Shown here one piece after another: positions 1 to 9,365 of a stretch of 64,000 bases of DNA. The position numbers were made by a program, and so were the translations under genes. The notes beneath the pieces are model-generated. The model was not told where the DNA came from. It did no database searches and was given only the letters and a program-made list of their open reading frames with translations. Source of the DNA: a bacterium (lineage in GTDB: Bacteria > Patescibacteriota > Microgenomatia > Curtissbacterales > GWA2-41-24); the NCBI GenBank assembly GCA_021813945.1, contig JAKAJD010000002.1, positions 241,719 through 305,718 of the forward strand, written 5' to 3'. Numbering within the stretch: position 1 is the first letter of the stretch; each line of letters begins with the position of its first letter.

Positions 1-46
1 TGTGTTTTAGGTAGCAAATTTGCTCTAAGCGAAGTGCAAAAGGCAA

Positions 47-1006
47 ATGCAGATCTCCAGGAAATCAGAAGACAAATCCAAGAATATATATTCCTGGAAC
101 GCCTTAACAATCGGCATGATCGAACAGCAGCCTAGAACAAACATTGTCTACGAAAGCCCGCCTCCAACCGGTCTGCTGGAGCTTGTACCAAAGCGTTTAG
201 CAATCGCGGCAGGAGTCAAAGTATTTGGTGGAGGTCTAACACCGGAAGGTACCCAGGCGCTGGCAATAGGACTCGGGAAAATCCTAAGGAGGGAGCCGAT
301 AAATCCTGGTGATGACATATATCCCGTATATCAAGACGCAATTGCATTTCAAATAGAAGGGGAAGAAAACATTCCTAGATCCGGCGCAACGCTTTTTATC
401 GGAAACCACGATACTCACCCGCTTTTGGCCAGCATGGTCCAATTTATAGAGGGAGCAAGAATTGTCAATAATGCACGAGTGGATGTCCAGGATAGTGTTA
501 TGAGGGAATCCAGAATAATTATGCAAAGGGGTATCAGAACAAAGGTTAAGCTTTTAGGCCTTAGCCTAGGGACACATACAGTTCCCTTTTCGGAAGCTTT
601 CTACTTTATGGGGGCAAACTCGCTAAATTTTGTGATTGTCGACAGACCCAAGCACGACGAGGCCGAACAAGTGGTAAATAAACAACACATGCCGAAAGGT
701 CTTGCCGAAGAGATAGTTGCGGGCCAAGCGCTATTTATTTACCCTCAAGGGAAAAAAGGGTCAGGATTAAATATGCCCGACAAAAGCGGATTTATTGCCA
801 AAATGAGAAAGTTTGATGTTAATGTTGTGGGTGTTTTATTTGAAAGGGGAGAGCCAGGAGATCCTTTCCGCATTGCATTTGGAAAACCGACCCATATACA
901 AGATTTGCTTGTAAACGAAGCCGGCGAGCCAAACCTAAATCACTTCGCCCAACAACATTTGGCACCACTTCAAAGCGCAAACCGCCGTTTCCGGATAACT
1001 ACCTAA
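47..1006 (+). CDS. hypothetical protein with weak acyltransferase-like motifs (GNHDTHP, FIYPQGKKG)
   Basis: ORF of 319 aa. Motifs loosely resemble blocks I and III of lysophospholipid acyltransferases, but they are not canonical. Confidence 0.3.
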   Translation: MQISRKSEDKSKNIYSWNALTIGMIEQQPRTNIVYESPPPTGLLELVPKRLAIAAGVKVFGGGLTPEGTQALAIGLGKILRREPINPGDDIYPVYQDAIAFQIEGEENIPRSGATLFIGNHDTHPLLASMVQFIEGARIVNNARVDVQDSVMRESRIIMQRGIRTKVKLLGLSLGTHTVPFSEAFYFMGANSLNFVIVDRPKHDEAEQVVNKQHMPKGLAEEIVAGQALFIYPQGKKGSGLNMPDKSGFIAKMRKFDVNVVGVLFERGEPGDPFRIAFGKPTHIQDLLVNEAGEPNLNHFAQQHLAPLQSANRRFRITT

Positions 1007-1358
1007 ATTCGTCCAACGATTTTAAAAGAATAATTCCGGAAGTAAAAGGCAGTCCACAAAGAATTATTATCGGCACTACTCTTATTCCGACAGGACCATT
1101 GCCGGCAAAAAGAAGAACCAGTGCCAAAATCAAAGATATCAAAATTAATATTTTTCCGCCGACTTTTGGCCTCTTTAAACAAATGATAAAAAGTCCAACC
1201 AGCGGAAGCGCTTGGGCCAAGTGCAGTATAAATCCGCTGATTCCAAAATCCGGACTTAAACCTTCACCGATTGCAAAGGCCATAAGAAATAAAATCGGTA
1301 TCAAAAGCAAACCCAGCGCTGTCCTTTTTTTTGTAAATTTGATTTTTGTTATATTCAT
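999..1358 (-). CDS. small hydrophobic membrane protein, hypothetical
   Basis: 119 aa, multiple hydrophobic helices, fills the gap between flanking genes. Confidence 0.35.
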   Translation of the reverse strand: MNITKIKFTKKRTALGLLLIPILFLMAFAIGEGLSPDFGISGFILHLAQALPLVGLFIICLKRPKVGGKILILISLILALVLLFAGNGPVGIRVVPIIILCGLPFTSGIILLKSLDEFR

Positions 1359-1389
1359 AATAGTACTCTGATATTATAAGGTTAATAAC

Positions 1390-1791
1390 ATGAATAATAC
1401 TTACAGTTGGTATCAGACACTCATAAAACCTTCATGGGCTCCGCCCGCCTGGCTTTTTGGACCGGTTTGGACGTTTCTATATATTTTGATTGTCATATCT
1501 TTCGGGGCAGTTTTTATAAAAATTTATCAAAAAAAGTTAAAGCCAAAAATTGCTTTCCCTTTTGTCCTTAATTTAGTTTTTAATTTTGCGTTTACCCCGA
1601 TTCAATTTGGTTTGAAAAACAATGCACTGGCTGCACTCGACGTAATTTTAGTCCTTGCGACCCTAATTTGGTCGATCGCTGTTATATACAAAAAGGAAAA
1701 GTGGATTGCCTACATGCAGGTCCCTTATCTTTTGTGGGTAAGCTTCGCCACAGTTCTTCAGCTGACAATAACTTACTTGAACGTGTTATAA
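1390..1791 (+). CDS. tspO: TspO/MBR family tryptophan-rich sensory protein
   Basis: N-terminal WYQTLIKPSWAPPAWLFGPVWTFLY motif is typical of TspO; 5 TM helices. Confidence 0.75.
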   Translation: MNNTYSWYQTLIKPSWAPPAWLFGPVWTFLYILIVISFGAVFIKIYQKKLKPKIAFPFVLNLVFNFAFTPIQFGLKNNALAALDVILVLATLIWSIAVIYKKEKWIAYMQVPYLLWVSFATVLQLTITYLNVL

Positions 1792-1820
1792 TCTTTCTTC
1801 CAAAAAGAAAGTAATCTCTC

Positions 1821-2483
1821 ATGAAAAATAGGATTTTTATTGGTTTTCGCAAACTTTTTTCGCTTTTTTCCCATTTCCCAAAAAAGCACCAAAAACGTTT
1901 TGTATATGTGGCGATAGGTGATTCGTCCGTAGAAGGAGTAGGGGCTAGTCATCACACAAAATCTTACCCATCGATAATTTTTGAAAAAATTAAATCAACT
2001 TACCCTGCAGCCGAATATCACAATTTGGGCAAAAGCGGGGACAGGATAAAAAACGTTCTTGAAGCCCAATTGCCTCAGGCATTAGCTCTTAAACCGAATC
2101 TTGTTACAGTCAGTATTGGTGTAAACGATATCCGCGGCCGCGTTAAACTTTCCGAGTTTGAAAAAGACCTCACTTATCTAATAAACACATTGCAAACAGA
2201 AACAGATGCCAAAATAATAATCAACAACATCCCCGATTTTTCCGCATTACCGACATTGCCGATTTACATACGCATGGCATCAAAAATCCTGATTCACCGT
2301 TTCAACAAGTCGATTGAAAAAATATCCAATAATTTCAATCTAACTTTAGTTGACATCTTCAAAGTTAGCAGACATTTTTGTAAACAATGGAAAAGCTTTA
2401 TTTCAAACGACGGCTTCCATCCATCTGATGCTGGCTACGCCCTTTGGGCAGAATCAATAATAGCTAATCTGACATTCTTGTAG
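1821..2483 (+). CDS. SGNH/GDSL-family hydrolase
   Basis: GDSSVEG block I near the N-terminus and DGFHPSDAGY block V (DxxH) at the C-terminus. Confidence 0.65.
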   Translation: MKNRIFIGFRKLFSLFSHFPKKHQKRFVYVAIGDSSVEGVGASHHTKSYPSIIFEKIKSTYPAAEYHNLGKSGDRIKNVLEAQLPQALALKPNLVTVSIGVNDIRGRVKLSEFEKDLTYLINTLQTETDAKIIINNIPDFSALPTLPIYIRMASKILIHRFNKSIEKISNNFNLTLVDIFKVSRHFCKQWKSFISNDGFHPSDAGYALWAESIIANLTFL

Positions 2484-3870
2484 AGAACTGCGAAAGCCTT
2501 TTTGTTAAATATTCTTTGGTATTTTTACCCTTGTCGTCTGCGACTTCTTCAAAAAGTTTGGAAAGAATTTCTCCGACTTTTGGCCCGGGCTTAAGATCAA
2601 GCACTTTCATCACATCATTTCCATCTATCGCAAGGTCCGCAACCGTGAAGGGCTTTTTCAAAACTTCCTTTAATCTCGATCTAAACAATTTTAGTCTCCA
2701 GCTCTCCGGCTGTTGAAGTCCGCCACCCAGTCGATCCCCAACCCTCAGATCCATCATGTCCTCAACATTCTCGAGTCCGACATTTTTTATAAAACGCCTA
2801 AGCGCCCTGTCCGTTTGGTTTTCATTTACCGAAAATTGGTGCCAACGCACCAGGCGGAAGAGTTTGTCGCGCTCCTCACGCGAAAGGTGAAAGCGCTCGG
2901 CAATGGAAACAGCAATTCTTGCACCAACCACTTCATGGTTATGGAAAGTACGAACACCTTCTTCTGTGACTTTGGCAACTTTTGCCTTGCCGATATCATG
3001 AAGCATTGTCCCAAAACGCGTGATGGTATCTTTAGAGGGGCAATTTTCAAGTGACATCACACAATGTGTTCCCACATCGTAAATATGATGCCGTTTTGGA
3101 CTGACCTGCTCAACTGCAAAACAAACTTCCAGCTCCGGCAAAATTACAGTCAAAACCCCCAATTTTTTTGCCAGGAAAATTCCGGCAGAGGGAGCTGGCG
3201 AATCAACAATTTTAAAAACTTCATCACGAATCCGCTCTCCCGAAATTTTAGAAATTAAACTGGCATTTTGCTCAATTGCTTTTGCTGTATCAGCATCAAT
3301 ATCAAAACCGAGTGTCGTTGCAAACCTAATTGCGCGAAGCATCCTTAGTGCGTCTTCTCCAAAACGTTCATTAGGATCACCGACTGTGCGAATCAATTTA
3401 TTTTTTAAATCTTCTTGTCCACCAAACGGATCAACCAAATCCCAGTCTTCCAGGTCAAGGCCAGGCCTTTGTTGGGATTTTGCCGGCCTAAGGCCTGGCC
3501 TTTCTCCCATGCGTCTCAGCGCCATCGCATTTATCGTAAAATCGCGCCTTGCAAGATCTTCATCTAAACTCTTTCCCCAGACAACTTTGTCCGGATGCCT
3601 TGCGTCGGAATAACTTTCCTCAGATCGATAAGTCGTGATCTCTACTATGTTTCCCTTATCAACGGGCACTCCCACCGTCCCAAACCGGTTGTTGTAAAAT
3701 CCGTCAGCAAAAATTTTCAAAATCTCCTCAGGCTTTGCGTTGGTTGTTAAATCCCAGTCACCGACTTCTTTACCTGAAAGAATATCCCTTACAGCCCCGC
3801 CAACAACCGTAGCTTCAAAGCCCGCTTTTTCTAATTTTTCTAAAATCGAAAGCACCTTTTTGTCGACCAT
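2464..3870 (-). CDS. cca: CCA-adding tRNA nucleotidyltransferase with HD domain
   Basis: GGAVRD...DWDL head motif, RRDFTINA motif and an HD domain (HDIGK). Contains a ~20-aa loop insertion encoded by the palindromic repeat pair. Confidence 0.8.
   Translation of the reverse strand: MVDKKVLSILEKLEKAGFEATVVGGAVRDILSGKEVGDWDLTTNAKPEEILKIFADGFYNNRFGTVGVPVDKGNIVEITTYRSEESYSDARHPDKVVWGKSLDEDLARRDFTINAMALRRMGERPGLRPAKSQQRPGLDLEDWDLVDPFGGQEDLKNKLIRTVGDPNERFGEDALRMLRAIRFATTLGFDIDADTAKAIEQNASLISKISGERIRDEVFKIVDSPAPSAGIFLAKKLGVLTVILPELEVCFAVEQVSPKRHHIYDVGTHCVMSLENCPSKDTITRFGTMLHDIGKAKVAKVTEEGVRTFHNHEVVGARIAVSIAERFHLSREERDKLFRLVRWHQFSVNENQTDRALRRFIKNVGLENVEDMMDLRVGDRLGGGLQQPESWRLKLFRSRLKEVLKKPFTVADLAIDGNDVMKVLDLKPGPKVGEILSKLFEEVADDKGKNTKEYLTKRLSQFSTRMSD
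3457..3502. repeat. pair of 13-bp palindromes (AAGGCCAGGCCTT ... AAGGCCTGGCCTT) in-frame inside cca
   Basis: 13-mers at 3457-3469 and 3490-3502, encoding RPGLRPAKSQQRPGL in the loop after RRDFTINA. Confidence 0.7.
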
Positions 3871-3933
3871 ATACCAATTATATTATCAACGAACGTTCAA
3901 AAAGAAATTTTTCGTATATAATGTCTTATTGAA

Positions 3934-5556
3934 GTGGATAACATTTGGCGAATAAAAACCCCTCATCCGGCGCAAAAAGAGGATTGGCTGGCGCAAGTTT
4001 TAGCCAAAAACAGGGGTCTTTCTACTAAATCTCAACTGGACCAATTTCTAAATCCAACCTTTGACCAAATTACCGCGGTCAGCGTGGGCAAAACCCAAAA
4101 AGCCATTGAAAGAATCAAAACTGCAATTAAAAACAACGAAAAAATTATTGTTTATTCCGACTACGACGCCGACGGCATCTCGGCAACTGCCATTATGTGG
4201 GAAACCTTAAACGACTTGGGCGCAAAGGTTATGCCATATGTGCCCCATAGAATAAAGGAAGGATATGGTCTTTTTACGCCTGCCATAGAAGAGCTTTCCA
4301 AAAGCGGCGTCAAACTGATAATAACCGTTGATCACGGCGTCACCGCGGTTGCACAAGTCGAAGCGGCCCAAAAATTAGGTGTAGATGTCATAATTACCGA
4401 CCATCATGTCCTGCCTCCAAAGGTTCCTCAATCGTTCGCTTTAATCCACACAACAGATCTTTGCGGTGCCGGAGTCGCCTGGCGTTTTTGTTGGGATTTA
4501 GTCAAAAGCATCAAACCTTCCTATCAAAAAAATCTGGAGGACAAATTGGAACTTGCCGCGCTGGCGACTATTGCAGATCTTGTTCCTCTTCTTGGCGCCA
4601 ACCGCGCAATTGTCAAAATCGGCTTGGAAAAAATCCAAAAAACAATTCGGCCCGGCCTCAAAAGCTTAATTTCCGCCTCAGCCATAAACGGCAAAATTGG
4701 AACTTATGAAATCGGCCACGTTTTAGCACCGAGAATAAATGCCATGGGAAGAATCGAACACGGCTTGGACGCACTTAGGCTAATTTGCTCAAGAAACAGA
4801 AGCCAAGCGGAGCGGTTAACCAAACTCTTAACCCAAACCAACAGCCGTCGTCAGGATCTAACTGTAAAAGCCATCGACCATGCGATATCTTTGGTAAACG
4901 GTGATCATTTAGTCGGAGTGGTTTCCCATGAAGATTGGCACGAAGGTGTAATCGGCCTTGTAGCATCGCGGCTTGTGGAAATTCACCACCGCCCGATGAT
5001 TGTTATTGCAAGAGGTGCTGAAAAATCGAAAGGCTCAGCTCGATCAATTGCCGGCTTTAACATAATCGAAGCAATTCGCGCGTCTAGTGAATTTTTAGTA
5101 GATGCAGGCGGACACCCCATGGCAGCAGGTTTTTCTATAGAAACTAAACACATCGATTCGTTTACCAAAAGCATTAACAACTATGCCCAAACAATAATCA
5201 CTGAAGAAATTCTCTCACCTGTTGTGGAGATAGAATGCCCAATGCCCAAAGAGGGAATCACCAAATCTAATTTTGAAGTTATCAAAAAGTTTGAACCTTA
5301 CGGAGTAGCCAACCCTGTCCCGCTTTTTTTAACCAAAAACATGTTAGTTGAAGATGTTAGAACTGTTGGGAGCGACAACCGCCACTTAAAATTGCAAGTC
5401 GATGGCTTTTCGGCAATAGGCTTTGGCAGGGGAGCACAAAAAGCCCAGATCAGGCCCGGCTACAAAGTTGATCTTGTATACTCAATCGAAGCCGACAACT
5501 TCAACGGCAAAGGAAGCCTCCAGTTAAAAATCAAAGACCTGACAATCAACAATTAG
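3934..5556 (+). CDS. recJ: single-stranded-DNA-specific exonuclease RecJ (short form)
   Basis: DHH phosphoesterase motifs (DYDADG, DHH) and a DHHA1 region. Confidence 0.85.
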   Translation: MDNIWRIKTPHPAQKEDWLAQVLAKNRGLSTKSQLDQFLNPTFDQITAVSVGKTQKAIERIKTAIKNNEKIIVYSDYDADGISATAIMWETLNDLGAKVMPYVPHRIKEGYGLFTPAIEELSKSGVKLIITVDHGVTAVAQVEAAQKLGVDVIITDHHVLPPKVPQSFALIHTTDLCGAGVAWRFCWDLVKSIKPSYQKNLEDKLELAALATIADLVPLLGANRAIVKIGLEKIQKTIRPGLKSLISASAINGKIGTYEIGHVLAPRINAMGRIEHGLDALRLICSRNRSQAERLTKLLTQTNSRRQDLTVKAIDHAISLVNGDHLVGVVSHEDWHEGVIGLVASRLVEIHHRPMIVIARGAEKSKGSARSIAGFNIIEAIRASSEFLVDAGGHPMAAGFSIETKHIDSFTKSINNYAQTIITEEILSPVVEIECPMPKEGITKSNFEVIKKFEPYGVANPVPLFLTKNMLVEDVRTVGSDNRHLKLQVDGFSAIGFGRGAQKAQIRPGYKVDLVYSIEADNFNGKGSLQLKIKDLTINN

Positions 5557-5808
5557 TCACCCATATGGGTTTGATTTTGCGTATGCTCGTACCAATCAAC
5601 TCTTTCTCTAGGTGTTGGAAATCCCGCATTTGGCGTCGGAATATTTCCATCGACACGGGTGGCGGTATCAGTTGATACGGCTCCAGCTGTCTCGGCAGCA
5701 CAAAATCTAGGTCGCTCGTGCCTCGAAGAACCAATACCAACCCAGGGTCTTGGGTCACGCATTCTTAAATCCTGGGGTCCTCGGTCTTGCTCGTTATGCA
5801 TATTTTTC
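5553..5808 (-). CDS. small charged/disordered hypothetical protein (84 aa)
   Basis: Strong SD AAGGAGGTG 7 nt before the ATG (MHNEQDRG...). Low-complexity sequence rich in R, D, P and T. Confidence 0.4.
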
Positions 5809-6004
5809 ACCTCCTTTTTTGTTTTTTTAGACAACGTCAATTTGATGCAATTCTCCCTCTCTGATTCTTTTATTAGACGGTTCCCTGTCCACGTCCGGCC
5901 AAATTGGCCCATACTCAAAGCGTTGCTGTAGTGTCAATCTAGCCGCTTCGATACGGGAAATCCTATCAATTGGACAACCGCCCTCGCCTAGTTCGACCAT
6001 TTCT

Positions 6005-6694
6005 TTACCTGACCCTCCTCATATCGACTTCCCACCATTTATCCAAACCGTCACTAGCTTCGGCAGCCCTTTCTACCTTAAAACCATGACCACCAAAGAC
6101 TTGATGTATTTGATCAACGCTTTCTTGCAAGATTTTGTGATCCCTCAAATATTTAAAAAAATCCAACACATCTTGAGACCTTTGACTCAAGCGTTTTCGC
6201 CCAGATAAATCCTCAAGTTTTGCTTGTACCAAAGAAGGGTGATGCAAATTTAACAATAATTTACCGCCTGGCTTTAATACTCTTTTCGTTTCCAAAATGG
6301 CCCCGGGAGGCATGAAATCCAGCGCCATGCTCGAGACGGCAACATCAAAAACTCCATCCCGAAAAGGTAACTGGGATCCACTTGCCCTGACATGAGGCAC
6401 AAAAGATTCAGAAAGTAAATTTCTTGATGAAATACCCGCTATATCGACTGAAATGAATCGGAGTCCACGCCTGCCGTATGCCCTAATATACTCTCTTTCA
6501 AAGATTTGTCGCCCGGCTCCCAAATCTAAAACTGTGGGATTTTCAGGAAGACCATCAGCAACGGTGTGAAGCCTTCTTCTTAAAGAAACCCTACTTTTGT
6601 TTGGGCTATCTTCTTTTTCATTGGGATAATACCTAGTATAAAAACTAGACATTTTTTCTTCTGTTCCAGGAATGATTCTTGCCTCGATTTGCAT
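6005..6694 (-). CDS. class I SAM-dependent methyltransferase
   Basis: VLDLGAGRQ glycine-rich motif I and LKPGGKLLL motif. Confidence 0.65.
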   Translation of the reverse strand: MQIEARIIPGTEEKMSSFYTRYYPNEKEDSPNKSRVSLRRRLHTVADGLPENPTVLDLGAGRQIFEREYIRAYGRRGLRFISVDIAGISSRNLLSESFVPHVRASGSQLPFRDGVFDVAVSSMALDFMPPGAILETKRVLKPGGKLLLNLHHPSLVQAKLEDLSGRKRLSQRSQDVLDFFKYLRDHKILQESVDQIHQVFGGHGFKVERAAEASDGLDKWWEVDMRRVR

Positions 6695-6710
6695 TTTTTC
6701 AACAAAAAAA

Positions 6711-6735
6711 CCTCCCGTTTGGGAGGTATCTTTTT
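6711..6735. terminator. GC hairpin (CCTCCC-GTTT-GGGAGG) flanked by T/A runs; bidirectional terminator-like, or an SD-sequestering 5' UTR hairpin of the methyltransferase
   Basis: Perfect 6-bp stem, 4-nt loop, poly-A 5' and T-rich 3' on plus; TTTTTTT on minus, 14 nt before the minus-strand ATG. Confidence 0.35.
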
Positions 6736-6880
6736 CAAGCTGGCTTTTAAATTAAGCCAATACCTCCCGAGGGCTCTTGACAAGCAAGAGACCTTTAATA
6801 AGGAGGCAATTTGCGAAAAATTTCAAATCCATTGTGAAAATTGTAAAGGGCACGCATTCCGCTTGTCAAGGCGTGAGGAA

Positions 6881-7023
6881 AAGGCCAGGCCTTTAGCAAA
6901 GAGTATCTCAGTTAAGGCCTGGCCTTAGCCAAGCACAAAAGGTAGGCCTCGAATTGTGCTGATTCAACGTAAAAAGGCCTGACCTTGAGATCAAGATGTT
7001 TAAGTAGAAAAAGACCTGCCCTT
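6881..7023. repeat. array of five 13-bp palindromic repeats (AAGGCC-W-GGCCTT family) with ~20-nt unique spacers
   Basis: Copies at 6881, 6914, 6939 (degenerate), 6974 and 7011, spaced 25-37 nt, often followed by AGC. Confidence 0.7.
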
Positions 7024-7064
7024 AGCATCGCCCGCAACCGCTGGCACAACTAGCCATTTTAGTT

Positions 7065-7070
7065 TAGAAT
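7065..7070 (+). promoter_or_regulatory. putative -10 box (TAGAAT) 7 nt upstream of the aspS ATG; leaderless-type promoter
   Basis: TAGAAT-N7-ATG. Confidence 0.35.
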
Positions 7071-7077
7071 CTAGTCT

Positions 7078-8454
7078 ATGCGGACACTGGCTGTTGAAGC
7101 CAACCAAAAAGTTGGCCAAAAAGTCACCTTAATGGGCTGGGCAAATGTCGTTCGTGACCACGGAAAAATCACCTTTATCGATCTTCGCGATATGTCCGGT
7201 ATTATCCAAACTGTTGCCAAAAAAGATTATGGCGTTAGCCCGGAAGACGTCATAAAAATTGAAGGAACAGTCAAAAAACGTCCGGAAAAGTTAATCAATA
7301 AGAACCTGGAAACAGGAGAAATCGAAATTGAAATCGAAAACTTGGAGATTTTAAACAAATCCAAAACACCACCTTTTCCGGTAGATTCAGACGGCCTGGA
7401 TATCGAAGAGGCATTACGTCTTAAATACCGCTACCTGGATTTGCGCCGGCCCAGAATGGCAAAAAACTTAAAACTTAGGCATGAAATGACATCTTTCATG
7501 CGCCAGTTTTTAAAAGATAGGCATTTTACGGAAGTTGAAACCCCAATTCTAACCAAAACCACTCCGGAAGGCGCGCGAGATTTTCTGGTTCCGTCCCGTC
7601 TTCAACCGGGCAACTTTTACGCGCTTCCACAATCGCCGCAGCAATACAAACAGCTTTTGATGGTTGCCGGCCTCGAACGCTATTTTCAAATCGCCCGCTG
7701 CTTCCGCGATGAAGACCCCCGAGCAGACAGAGCTTACGGTGAATTCACCCAGCTCGATATCGAAATGTCGTTTGTCGAACAAGAGGATATTTTAAAATTA
7801 ACAGAGGAACTCTTTAAGGAAATTACCGAAAAAGTTTTCGGCAAAAAAGTTTTAAAGTATCCTTTTCCTCGAATTCCCCACAAAGAAGCTCTTAAAAAAT
7901 ACGGTGCAGATAAATTCGATCTAAGATCCGATAAAGATCCAAACGTTTTAGCCTTTGCCTTCGTTGTCGATTTTCCACTTTTTACCGAACAATCAAAAGA
8001 TGATTTTTACCATGGGTCCGGTTCTGCCAAGTTTGCGCCATCGCACCATATGTTTACAGCACCTCACCCTGAAGATATCAAACTATTAGATACAGATCCT
8101 ACAAAAGTTCGCGGCCTCCAGCACGACTTGGTTTGCAACGGTCTGGAAGTTGGTGGTGGCAGTATCAGGATTCATAAAAGGGAAATTCAAGAAAAAATCT
8201 TCTCGCTTATCGGTTTTTCAAAAACCCAAAAAGAAGAATTTAGCCATATGCTGGAAGCTTTTGAATACGGTGTTCCTCCCCACGGAGGAATTGCTCCCGG
8301 AATTGACAGGTTTTTAATGGTTGCCCTTAATCAGCCAAATCTCCGAGAAGCAATTGCTTTCCCGACATCCGCCTCCGGACAAACAGCAGTTATGGATGCT
8401 CCTAGCCCGGTTGACGAAAAAACTTTAAAAGAGCTAAAACTCAAAAAGCTGTGA
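7078..8454 (+). CDS. aspS: aspartyl-tRNA synthetase, compact (archaeal/AspRS2-like length)
   Basis: N-terminal OB fold (ITFIDLRD), class II motifs (QSPQQYKQLLM, FRDED, GGGSIRIH); 458 aa with no GAD insertion. Confidence 0.9.
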   Translation: MRTLAVEANQKVGQKVTLMGWANVVRDHGKITFIDLRDMSGIIQTVAKKDYGVSPEDVIKIEGTVKKRPEKLINKNLETGEIEIEIENLEILNKSKTPPFPVDSDGLDIEEALRLKYRYLDLRRPRMAKNLKLRHEMTSFMRQFLKDRHFTEVETPILTKTTPEGARDFLVPSRLQPGNFYALPQSPQQYKQLLMVAGLERYFQIARCFRDEDPRADRAYGEFTQLDIEMSFVEQEDILKLTEELFKEITEKVFGKKVLKYPFPRIPHKEALKKYGADKFDLRSDKDPNVLAFAFVVDFPLFTEQSKDDFYHGSGSAKFAPSHHMFTAPHPEDIKLLDTDPTKVRGLQHDLVCNGLEVGGGSIRIHKREIQEKIFSLIGFSKTQKEEFSHMLEAFEYGVPPHGGIAPGIDRFLMVALNQPNLREAIAFPTSASGQTAVMDAPSPVDEKTLKELKLKKL

Positions 8455-9365
8455 TTTTCCGAACTGTTGTAATTTTTTTAATTGTTATATCCGCTCTCGG
8501 CGTGGTACTTCTTCCTAAAGAAGAGCTAGGCAAAGTGGCACCAAGTGTCGCCAAACGAGTTGAAGCGGCAACTACAGAGTCCGGCTCGGCATACCCAAGC
8601 CCCAGAAAAGATTTTACCGATGCCCCACAAGTAACTGCTTCTTCTGCTGTTGTTATCGACAACAAAACTGGCACTTCTATGTACGAAAAAAATTCCAATC
8701 TTCGCCACCTTCCGGCTTCAACCACAAAGCTCATGACTGCCTTAGTTTCCTTGGAAAAGTGCTCGCCAAGTGATATCGTCGAGGTTAGAGATGTAGAAGG
8801 CGACGGTTCGCAAATGGGCCTCAAAGTCGGAGACAAGGTAACGGTTGAAAATCTTCTTTACGGACTTTTGATTCCCTCGGGTAACGATGCCGCGTTTGTT
8901 TTAGCAAGAAACTGCGGAGATTCCTACGATCAATTCATTGCAGCTATGAATCAAAAAGCTAAAGATTTAAATATGCAAAATACCCATTTTGTAAATCCGG
9001 CTGGCTACGACGACCCTCTTCAATACTCAACCGCTTCTGATCTTGCACTTATGGCTCGTGTAGCAGTTACCAATCCAATAATCGCCAAAATAGTCAAAAT
9101 CAAAAGCACTGTAGTTGCAGATATTACGGGAACCCGAACTTATTATCTTGAAAACGTCAATAAACTTTTAGGGGTTGTGCCCGGATTGGAAGGGGTCAAA
9201 ACAGGGGAAACAGACGGTGCTTTGGAAAATCTTGTCACTAAAACTACAAGAGGTGATAATTCAATTTTAGTCGTGGTACTCGGATCCCAAGACCGCTTCG
9301 GTGACTCTAAAAGCCTAATTGAATGGGCTTATCAAAATTACATTTGGCAAAAGGGGAAAACTTAA
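8451..9365 (+). CDS. D-alanyl-D-alanine carboxypeptidase (peptidase S11, PBP5-like), membrane-anchored
   Basis: SxxK (ASTTK), SxN (PSGND) and KTG (VKTGET) motifs; N-terminal TM helix. Confidence 0.75.
   Translation: MIFRTVVIFLIVISALGVVLLPKEELGKVAPSVAKRVEAATTESGSAYPSPRKDFTDAPQVTASSAVVIDNKTGTSMYEKNSNLRHLPASTTKLMTALVSLEKCSPSDIVEVRDVEGDGSQMGLKVGDKVTVENLLYGLLIPSGNDAAFVLARNCGDSYDQFIAAMNQKAKDLNMQNTHFVNPAGYDDPLQYSTASDLALMARVAVTNPIIAKIVKIKSTVVADITGTRTYYLENVNKLLGVVPGLEGVKTGETDGALENLVTKTTRGDNSILVVVLGSQDRFGDSKSLIEWAYQNYIWQKGKT

Noticed and set aside
2516-3613. Multiple 60-110 aa ORFs antisense to cca, and similar antisense ORFs throughout the track
   Set aside because: They are fully contained within strongly supported genes on the opposite strand. 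This is typical spurious ORFs in a gene-dense genome.
6881-7023. The repeat array as a CRISPR array
   Set aside because: The repeats are only 13 bp, self-palindromic and degenerate, with irregular 25-37 bp periodicity and no cas genes. The same unit also occurs in pairs inside coding sequences.
6695-7077. A T-box leader upstream of aspS (and gltX at 10421-10555)
   Set aside because: No T-box consensus (AATTAGGGTGGNACCGCG) or specifier-loop architecture was found. The region is instead occupied by the palindromic repeats and a leaderless-type -10 box.
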